Translations under genes and position numbers: made by a program
Notes under the pieces: generated by a model
What the model was told of the DNA's origin: nothing
Seen by the model: the letters and a program-made list of their open reading frames with translations, nothing else
The model's database searches: none
In this document: piece by piece, positions 56,806 to 64,000 of the stretch
Layout of the letters: every line of letters begins with the position of its first letter
Position numbering within the stretch: position 1 is the stretch's first letter
Assembly (NCBI GenBank): GCA_963558245.1
Contig: CAUWGA010000005.1
Location: 813-64,812, forward strand
Length of the DNA: 64,000 nucleotides
From: an uncultured Clostridia bacterium
GTDB taxonomy: Bacteria > Bacillota > Clostridia > TANB77 > CAG-508
Reading direction: 5' to 3'

Positions 56806-56888
56806 AATTTTCCTCCCTTGTTTATTCGTTTTTCTTTTATAATCTTATTATTACAAAAAAGGAAAAAATTATTCATTTTTTAATTAAA

Positions 56889-56948
56889 AATGTCTTATTG
56901 GGGACAGGTCCAAAATGTCCACTTTGGACCTGTCCCCAATAAGACATT
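56889..56948. repeat. Perfect 26-bp-stem hairpin built from two inverted REP-like units, overlapping the fbp stop codon
   Basis: AATGTCTTATTGGGGACAGGTCCAAA-ATGTCCAC-TTTGGACCTGTCCCCAATAAGACATT. Confidence 0.75.
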
Positions 56949-58902
56949 ATTTGAGTTCACCTGTTTCATAATATTTTAATAGTTCTTCTAAATCTCTTAT
57001 TTCGGCTTTTAATGTACTTCCTATATCTGTATCATTAACGGTTTTTCTAACAATTCCTTTTTTCTTTACTACAATTTCTGATATTATATCTTTTTCTTCT
57101 TTTACTGCATCTTCTACAGATTCAAAAGGTTTATTTTGACTAAGTAATAAGCCATTAGAATTGTATGTAAGTACATAACCTGCATTTCCAGTTTTTTTAT
57201 GGTAGCTTTTCGCAAATCCTCCATCTATTACTAATAATTTTCCATTACCTCTAATTGGACTTTCTCCTTCTTTTGCCTTTACTGGAACATGTCCATTTAC
57301 TATATGTGATTCATTTTCATTTAATCCAAATTCTTTTAATATTTTGTTACATATTTCTTCTTTATTAGTTAATGTATAATACGGATTCTTTTGTTCTCTA
57401 CTCATTTCTTTGTCTTTTACAAAATAACTTTCAAATGTTGCCATTTTACTTTTCCCAAAAAATGGTGACTCTGGTGATATCCATAAATACCACATTAAAT
57501 CAATCATATTTTTATCTATATTATTTTTATTTATCCATATTTTATTTACTGCTTCATTAACAGCATCTAAATAAGCTTTTCCATTTAATTTTTCACCTAA
57601 AAAATCAACATTTTGGAATTCACCTTTTTCCGTCATTGGAATACATGCATGGAACAGTAAATTATTATTAAATATTGTATAGAGTTCACCTTTTTTATAT
57701 AAAAAATCTATATGCTCATTTAATTTTACACTATTCTTAAATGATTCACTTAGTCTCTCTATTATTTCTTTTTCTTCTATTGTTAATTCATATACATCTT
57801 CTTTATTTAAAGTTGGAAAATTATTATCATTTATTTCGTATTTTTTTCCTTCTAAAATAATATATCCTTTTTCAAAATCAATTTTGTCTAATAAAAGTCT
57901 ATTATTTAAATTATACTCTGGATGCTTTTTTATTAGTTGCCCTTCCAATTTAAACTGTATAATTGTGATGGCTTTATGAATTTTTGCAATATTTATTTTA
58001 TCACTTTCATCATATTTAGTTTCATCAAATACTTTAGGATAAAAGTTTTTACAATCATCATTTTTATATGTTTCCATTGCAAACGTTGAAAGTGGTCTTA
58101 TGTTTATTCCATAAGCATCTTCTAAAATTCCAATATTATTATATCTAGCACAATTTCTAATTACAGTGGCTATACTAGCTTGATTACCGCAAGTAGCTCC
58201 CATCCACAATATATCATGGTTTCCCCATTGAATATCAATACTATGAAATTTCTGTAATTTTTCTATTACTAAATTAGGGTTAGGACCTCTATCGTAAATA
58301 TCTCCAATAATATGCAAATGGTCTATTGCCATCCTTTTTATGAGGTTAGAAATAGCTATTATAAACTTTTCTGCTTGATTTAATCTAATTATTGTTCTTA
58401 TTATTGCTTTATAATATGTTTCTTTATCTTTTTCATTTCCTGCTTGTGAGTTTAAAAGTTCATCTATAACATATTCAAATCCATTAGTAATAGCTTTTCT
58501 AACTTTTGATCTTGTATATTTTGAACTTACCTTTTTAGCAATTTCTACTAATCTATATAAGGTAATACTGTACCACTCATTTAAATCTTTTTCTTCTTCT
58601 TTTATTAACTTTAGCTTTTCTTCTGGATAATATATAAGAGTTGCTAATGTTGCTCTTTCTTTTTTACTTATAGTATTTCCAAATACATAGTCTATTTTAC
58701 TTTTTATTATACCGGCACCATTATTTAATATGTGTTCAAATGGTGCATATTCTCCATGTATATCACTTAAAAATAACTCTGTCCCTTTTGGTAAATTTAG
58801 TATAGCTTGTAAATTTATTATCTCTTCTGTAACTTCATTTATATTCTTATATTCTTTACTAAGCAATTTTAAATACTTTTTCTTATCATAATTTATTTCC
58901 AT
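56947..58902 (-). CDS. fbp: Fructose-1,6-bisphosphatase class 3
   Basis: 651 aa with N-terminus YLKLLSKEYKNINEVTEEIINLQAILNLPKGTELFLSDIHGEY, typical of the Firmicute class 3 FBPase. Confidence 0.9.
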   Translation of the reverse strand: MEINYDKKKYLKLLSKEYKNINEVTEEIINLQAILNLPKGTELFLSDIHGEYAPFEHILNNGAGIIKSKIDYVFGNTISKKERATLATLIYYPEEKLKLIKEEEKDLNEWYSITLYRLVEIAKKVSSKYTRSKVRKAITNGFEYVIDELLNSQAGNEKDKETYYKAIIRTIIRLNQAEKFIIAISNLIKRMAIDHLHIIGDIYDRGPNPNLVIEKLQKFHSIDIQWGNHDILWMGATCGNQASIATVIRNCARYNNIGILEDAYGINIRPLSTFAMETYKNDDCKNFYPKVFDETKYDESDKINIAKIHKAITIIQFKLEGQLIKKHPEYNLNNRLLLDKIDFEKGYIILEGKKYEINDNNFPTLNKEDVYELTIEEKEIIERLSESFKNSVKLNEHIDFLYKKGELYTIFNNNLLFHACIPMTEKGEFQNVDFLGEKLNGKAYLDAVNEAVNKIWINKNNIDKNMIDLMWYLWISPESPFFGKSKMATFESYFVKDKEMSREQKNPYYTLTNKEEICNKILKEFGLNENESHIVNGHVPVKAKEGESPIRGNGKLLVIDGGFAKSYHKKTGNAGYVLTYNSNGLLLSQNKPFESVEDAVKEEKDIISEIVVKKKGIVRKTVNDTDIGSTLKAEIRDLEELLKYYETGELK

Positions 58903-58913
58903 ATTTCAACTTC

Positions 58914-60923
58914 CTATTCTGTCGTTCCTGGTAATATTGCACTATCAAGTGGCTCTTGTTTTTTTCCTAAAAAACTTGTTTTATATTTGCTTAAAATATA
59001 TTCTAAGCTATCAGCAAATTCTTTAAGCATAACTACTTTTATAGTTGGCTCTTTCCCTTTTAAATAATCATCTATTATTTGTTTTAATTGCTTCATGTTT
59101 TTCATTTCTGGTTCTATTTTCTTAGCATTTTTTTCTACTCTATCTATTAGTTTTTCCTTTATTAAAACTATATCTTCATTACTTGCACAAGATATTCTTT
59201 GGAACAATTGGAAAGAATCATAGTATTTAAATATTGGCATTTCCATACATTCTTTATCAAATTTTTCATAAAATAATTCCATTTTCATTGGAATACATCT
59301 CATAATGTCTTCTGCTTTTTCTTTATTCATCTTTTCCAATAGTTGGTCATTTAACATATTAAAGTGTTTTAATATCTCTTCCATATCTTCTGCTACTTCT
59401 TCTATTGCTATTTTACCTAATTCTTCTTTTACATTTGGGCAATATTCTGATGATAAAGATGCTATATTCATACCATTAAAAAATACACTTTTTAATGTTT
59501 TCAAGTCATATTCAATTAGACCTTTTTTTGAAAAATAACTAAAATATGCAAATAATTTTACTATATCTATTAGTCTAATTTTTCCTTCTTTAACATCTTC
59601 TATTATTTCCTTAATTATTCCATCAAATTGGTCATCTGATATTTTCCAATATTCTTCTGTAAGCAATCTTTTATATCCTGGAAGATTTTCCGTATCAACA
59701 GTATTTCTTATTGTTTCCATGTTTTCTTTAAATAATTTCATATCAAAGATACGTGTTCTTATATAATATTCTATAAATTTAAAGAAACGATATTCAGATT
59801 TAAAATTATAGTAATAATTATTGTCAAACTCCTTTATATAAAATTGTCTATTATCCATAAGAATTCTTGAAGAAACTAATATAGATTTGTATTCTTCATT
59901 ATCTTTAATATTTACAAATTTGTCTTTGGTAACTTTTCCTGCTTTTATCTCAAAAGATATAGCTATTGTAAATATTAGCATCGTTTGCATTACTCTATGG
60001 TTTGTATTTGGATATGATTTATTTACCATTTCATATATCTTTTTAAAATCATTTAATGCATGTTTTAAAATTCTTAAGTTACGTGTTCCACTTTTGTTAA
60101 AAGTGGAAATTATAAGCTTCGTGTTTTCTCTTAAAAAACGAATTAAATCTGGATTATTTTCATATCTCATTAATATTCCATTTATTATATAATCAAATTT
60201 AGGTGCATATTCAAAAGTTTCTCCAATTAGTTTTTCTTTAATTCTTTCATAATCATTTGCTTTGTCAAATACATGTTCAATTTTATCTTGAATTTTTTCA
60301 ACTATTGGTTTATCTGCTTTCACTAGTTCATTTTGCTTATCTAATAAATATGTTGCTATAAATGTTTTCATTTCTAAATTTGAGCTTTTTAATTTTGTTG
60401 ACAATTCTTTTTCATTACATATAATTATTGTTTTTATATGGTCATGCTCAACAAAGTTATTAATATATCCTAAAATATCTATAACATCTACATTTGCTCT
60501 TTCCAAGTCATCAAAACATAACACCTTATCATCTGTTGAAAAGAAGTCTGAATAATCTACTTTATCACCATTTTGAGTTACTCCAAAAAAGTTAGCCATG
60601 TCGATTCCTGTTTTTGCGTATTCTGGAATTGTACTTTGTCCATTTGCATCCATGAATCTTCTTAAATTTTTATCCATTAGTTGGGTTGTTTCAATAAATA
60701 TTTTTTTACTAATTTCTTCTAAGTTTGAAATACCGTAAAGTGACATATAAATTGTAGTATATCTTTTGCCATTTAGTTGCATTGATTCAATTTTTTTTCT
60801 TATTTTATTATTCCAAAAATGAGTTTTTCCTGATCCCCATTCTCCGTTTATCATTACTGCATAATCAGTATAATCTGACCTTATATAGTCTAAAATACTT
60901 TCAACTAAATCTTCCATCTTCAT
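58914..60923 (-). CDS. KAP-family P-loop NTPase
   Basis: Walker A INGEWGSGKTHFW and Walker B VLCFDDLER. 669 aa with a long helical C-terminal region. Confidence 0.7.
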   Translation of the reverse strand: MKMEDLVESILDYIRSDYTDYAVMINGEWGSGKTHFWNNKIRKKIESMQLNGKRYTTIYMSLYGISNLEEISKKIFIETTQLMDKNLRRFMDANGQSTIPEYAKTGIDMANFFGVTQNGDKVDYSDFFSTDDKVLCFDDLERANVDVIDILGYINNFVEHDHIKTIIICNEKELSTKLKSSNLEMKTFIATYLLDKQNELVKADKPIVEKIQDKIEHVFDKANDYERIKEKLIGETFEYAPKFDYIINGILMRYENNPDLIRFLRENTKLIISTFNKSGTRNLRILKHALNDFKKIYEMVNKSYPNTNHRVMQTMLIFTIAISFEIKAGKVTKDKFVNIKDNEEYKSILVSSRILMDNRQFYIKEFDNNYYYNFKSEYRFFKFIEYYIRTRIFDMKLFKENMETIRNTVDTENLPGYKRLLTEEYWKISDDQFDGIIKEIIEDVKEGKIRLIDIVKLFAYFSYFSKKGLIEYDLKTLKSVFFNGMNIASLSSEYCPNVKEELGKIAIEEVAEDMEEILKHFNMLNDQLLEKMNKEKAEDIMRCIPMKMELFYEKFDKECMEMPIFKYYDSFQLFQRISCASNEDIVLIKEKLIDRVEKNAKKIEPEMKNMKQLKQIIDDYLKGKEPTIKVVMLKEFADSLEYILSKYKTSFLGKKQEPLDSAILPGTTE

Positions 60924-61027
60924 TTCCTTCCCTTCTTGAGTACTTGACTTAAGTTTTTAAAATATAATTTAAATAATTTTAAAATTATAATTTTTTTCAA
61001 CTTTTCCTCATTTGTTATTATTTATCT

Positions 61028-62146
61028 TTAGTTTTCTATATATTTTTTATATTGTCCTAAAATATTATCGTTTTGTCCAAATGCTACTGAGTATATTAAA
61101 TAATCCTCCCATATAGTTAAGTCACTAGCCGTTCTATTTTCTAGCATACTATATTCTTTAATATATTTTTTTAGTCCTTCTATTTTTTTGTTCAATTCTT
61201 TTCCCTGCCTAGTTCTGTATAATGGGTCTGTCTTGAATTTTATTATATCTGCTAAAATAGAAAAAAATCCATATGTGGGATATATTATTAATATAATAAA
61301 TATACTATAACTTATTGCATTTATTATCAAATTGTCATAATCTTCAAAAGTGTTTAAAATATTATATATTACAAACAATAAAACAAATGTAATAATTGTT
61401 TTCACAATTTTTTTAGCAGTTCTTTTTTCTATATTATCTTTTTCCTCTAATAACTTATTTTTTACTAATTGCATTTTCGTTTTTTCTTGTAATTCATATA
61501 TATTTATATTTTTCAATTTTCCATCTTTTATATGCTGTAAAATATATACTTGTATCGGGTTTACATTATCAAGTTCAATGTTAGCATTAATTACTATTTT
61601 ATCTGCATTTATTGATATCATTTTTTTATTTTGCATATATAGTAATTCAGCTATTAAATCTTTTGTTTCTTCTATTTTAAAATCGTCTATATATGAAAGT
61701 TCACATATTGAATATTTTTCTATAATATCTCTATAGTAAAAATCTGTATTTTTTTTGTCTATTTTATCCATTTTTTCTTTTTTTAGTTTCTTTTCTGATA
61801 TAGACATTGCAATCCATAAAATAATTAACCATAAATTAAATACTAATGTACCAATAGCACTTACAATAAATACTAGTGGTATACATATAACTAATATTTT
61901 ATTTTGCATCTCTTTAGCTTTTTGTTTAGAATATTCTTCTATAGATGTTTCTTCCAAATTAGCTTTTTCTTGTTCAGAAAGCGTATTATATTCTTTTGAA
62001 TAATTTTCTTCTAATTCTTTTATATTTTTATAATTAATAACTCCTGAACTCAAATTTATATACATCATTGTAAATGTAAATATAAAAAAGCCTATTAGAT
62101 ATATAATAAATATTTTTTTCATTTTTCTTTTTTTAATCTTTTGCAA
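61028..62146 (-). CDS. DUF2207-like polytopic membrane protein
   Basis: The C-terminal pattern RTRQGKELNKKIEGLKKYIKEYS...LTIWEDYLIYSVAFGQ resembles the DUF2207 C-terminus. Has 4-5 TM helices. Its 5' end overlaps the comFC stop by 14 nt if the first ATG is used. Confidence 0.5.
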   Translation of the reverse strand: MQKIKKRKMKKIFIIYLIGFFIFTFTMMYINLSSGVINYKNIKELEENYSKEYNTLSEQEKANLEETSIEEYSKQKAKEMQNKILVICIPLVFIVSAIGTLVFNLWLIILWIAMSISEKKLKKEKMDKIDKKNTDFYYRDIIEKYSICELSYIDDFKIEETKDLIAELLYMQNKKMISINADKIVINANIELDNVNPIQVYILQHIKDGKLKNINIYELQEKTKMQLVKNKLLEEKDNIEKRTAKKIVKTIITFVLLFVIYNILNTFEDYDNLIINAISYSIFIILIIYPTYGFFSILADIIKFKTDPLYRTRQGKELNKKIEGLKKYIKEYSMLENRTASDLTIWEDYLIYSVAFGQNDNILGQYKKYIEN

Positions 62147-62744
62147 TTGTAAACACCCCTATATTCTTTGAATTTGCCTGTTTTAAAATTTTACAACATT
62201 CATTAACTGTAGAACCTGTTGTATAAATATCATCCAATAAAATTACATTTTTATTAAATAATCTTTCTTCATTTTTTAATATATATACTCCTTGTATATT
62301 TTTTTCTCTTTCTTCTTTATTTAGTTTACTTTGCTCTGTAATATTTTTTACTTTAAAAAGACAATTATTTTCTAATTCTATATTTGTATTTTTGGCAATT
62401 TCTTTTGCTATCAAATAACTTTGATTATATCCTCTTTCTTTGTACCTTTTTTGACTTATAGGAACTGGTACAATTTTATCATATTTTTTTATAAATTCAA
62501 AGAAATTTTCATTTTTTGAAAGAAATTTTACAAACGTTTTATATAAATATGCCTTTTCATTAAATTTGTATTTCAATATTGTTTTTCTTATATTTCCCGC
62601 ATATTTAAAAATATATGAAAGTTTTTGGAAGTTTTTTTCTTGATTACTAAATTCTTCGATTTTAAATTCTGATTGATTTTTCAACGCATTCTCGCATTTT
62701 TGACATAAAAAATTTTGATTTAATTTTCCACATATTCCACACAC
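62133..62744 (-). CDS. comFC: ComF family protein (ComFC, phosphoribosyltransferase fold)
   Basis: N-terminal CxxC...CxxC zinc finger and the PRTase motif VILLDDIYTTGSTVNE. Confidence 0.8.
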   Translation of the reverse strand: MCGICGKLNQNFLCQKCENALKNQSEFKIEEFSNQEKNFQKLSYIFKYAGNIRKTILKYKFNEKAYLYKTFVKFLSKNENFFEFIKKYDKIVPVPISQKRYKERGYNQSYLIAKEIAKNTNIELENNCLFKVKNITEQSKLNKEEREKNIQGVYILKNEERLFNKNVILLDDIYTTGSTVNECCKILKQANSKNIGVFTIAKD

Positions 62745-62910
62745 GGGTGGATAAATAATATCTAGAACATTTGTAATAATAGGTTTTTTATTTTCCTTTA
62801 CTTTATTTATTTCTATTATTAATCACCTTCTTTTTTAGTATTTTTTCTATTCTTGATATTTTTTTATAATTTTTTTACATTATTACTATGTTTTTATTAA
62901 TGGAGCAATT

Positions 62911-64000
62911 TTATAATTGCTCCATCTTAAATTCTAGCCCTGTATTTCTTTTTCTGCTATCTACATTTTGTATCATGAATTCTAGTGTTTTTTCACTTCC
63001 TATTACAACTAGTAGTTTTTTAGCTCTTGTTATTCCCGTATATAATAAATTGCGAGTTAATAACATTGGCGCTGTTTGTGGTATTGCCATTATTACAACA
63101 TCAAATTCACTTCCTTGAGCTTTATGAATTGTTATAGCATAACTATGCTCTATTTGGTCTAACTCGGTAAATTCATATCTTGCAATTTTATTATCATCAA
63201 ATTGTATTTCAACTTGTTTTTCTTTTTCATCTATTTGTATTACTGTTCCAATTTCTCCATTAAAGACTCCGTTTCCAATCTCTTTATTTGATATTCCGCT
63301 TCCTGTTCCTTCTTTTTCCCAATAGATATCATAATTGTTTTTTATTTGCATTACACGGTCTCCTTTACGGAATATAGCTCCCATGCTTGCCTTTTCTGGT
63401 AAATTCATAATATTAGGATTTAACTGTTCTTGCAATATTCTATTTAGCTCTTTTGTTCCAAGCAATCCTTTTTTAGTTGGTGATAATACTTGTATATTTT
63501 GAAAAAAGTCGTAGTTTCCATATTTTTCTAATCTTCCTGTACATAAAGAAACTACTTGTGCAAGCATTCTTTCTTGTAAATTTTCTTTTATAAAGAAGAA
63601 ATCTTCTTTTGTATCTTCTTCTAATTCTTCTTTACTTAAAAACATTTCTCCATTGTTTACTTTATGTGCATTTAATATTATCTTGCTTTTAGCAGCTTGT
63701 CTAAAAATTTTATCTAAGCTTACTGTAGCTACTTGATTAGATGCTATTAAATCTTTTAAAACACTTCCTGGTCCAACAGATGCTAACTGGTCTACATCTC
63801 CTACTAATACTAATTTAGTTCCCTGATATATGCATTTTAATAAATAATTCATTATAAACATATCCATCATAGAAACTTCGTCAATTATTACAATATCTGC
63901 ATCTATTGGTGCTCCTTGATAATTATCATTGTTTTTAAATAAATTATCATCATCTATTTTTCCTATTTCTAATAATCTATGCAAAGTTGAAGCTTCTTTT
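62911..64000 (-). CDS. recD2: RecD2-type SF1B ATP-dependent DNA helicase (C-terminal two-thirds; runs off the window)
   Basis: IIDEVSMMDM (Walker B), LVGDVDQLASVGPG, an SH3-like insert, and YAITIHKAQGSEF. The frame stays open to position 64000. Confidence 0.85.
   Translation of the reverse strand, partial: KEASTLHRLLEIGKIDDDNLFKNNDNYQGAPIDADIVIIDEVSMMDMFIMNYLLKCIYQGTKLVLVGDVDQLASVGPGSVLKDLIASNQVATVSLDKIFRQAAKSKIILNAHKVNNGEMFLSKEELEEDTKEDFFFIKENLQERMLAQVVSLCTGRLEKYGNYDFFQNIQVLSPTKKGLLGTKELNRILQEQLNPNIMNLPEKASMGAIFRKGDRVMQIKNNYDIYWEKEGTGSGISNKEIGNGVFNGEIGTVIQIDEKEKQVEIQFDDNKIARYEFTELDQIEHSYAITIHKAQGSEFDVVIMAIPQTAPMLLTRNLLYTGITRAKKLLVVIGSEKTLEFMIQNVDSRKRNTGLEFKMEQL

Overview
This is a very AT-rich chromosomal window from an endospore-forming Firmicute, Clostridia-like on the evidence of spoIIM, spoVT, ylbJ and dpaA. 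Almost all core genes lie on the minus strand. They include holA, a glycogen debranching enzyme, a yvcK-like gene, murB, uppP, dpaA, polA, a diaminopimelate cluster (M20D amidohydrolase, dapL-like, dapD-like), queH, ruvB and an Alg13/Alg14-like glycosyltransferase pair. Further along are xerD, spoIIM, an EndoQ-like gene, rnhA, tmcAL, argH and argG (behind an Arg T-box leader), dprA, folD, ligA, a sortase, a HIT protein and a short AlaRS. The window ends with spoVT, a class 3 FBPase, a KAP NTPase, comFC and a partial recD2.

The accessory part is a ~13-kb island (about 30.7-44.1 kb) between tmcAL and a tRNA-Tyr/tRNA(CAU) pair. Its right two-thirds is a ~9.7-kb integrative mobilizable element bounded by 52-bp direct repeats that include the tRNA-Tyr 3' end. 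That element carries integrase, excisionase-like, MobV relaxase and DUF3846-like genes, XRE/RHH regulators, a Spo0A DNA-binding-domain-only protein, prepilin-like surface-protein cargo, and a heavily structured 550-bp non-coding region. The left third is decayed debris of similar elements: a relaxase 3' remnant, a truncated XRE gene, and a frameshifted prepilin-LamG gene.

Other signals are a candidate type I toxin-antitoxin-like micro-locus between murB and ylbJ, a dispersed REP-like palindromic repeat family (ATGTCCAATTGGGGAC...), and a KAP P-loop NTPase plus DUF2207-like membrane protein wedged between comFC and fbp. No CRISPR array, rRNA, reverse transcriptase or phage structural module was seen. 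I cannot identify one clearly novel system with confidence. The best candidates are the IME cargo and regulatory module, and the KAP/DUF2207-like pair. All functional calls rest on motif recognition by eye and need database confirmation.
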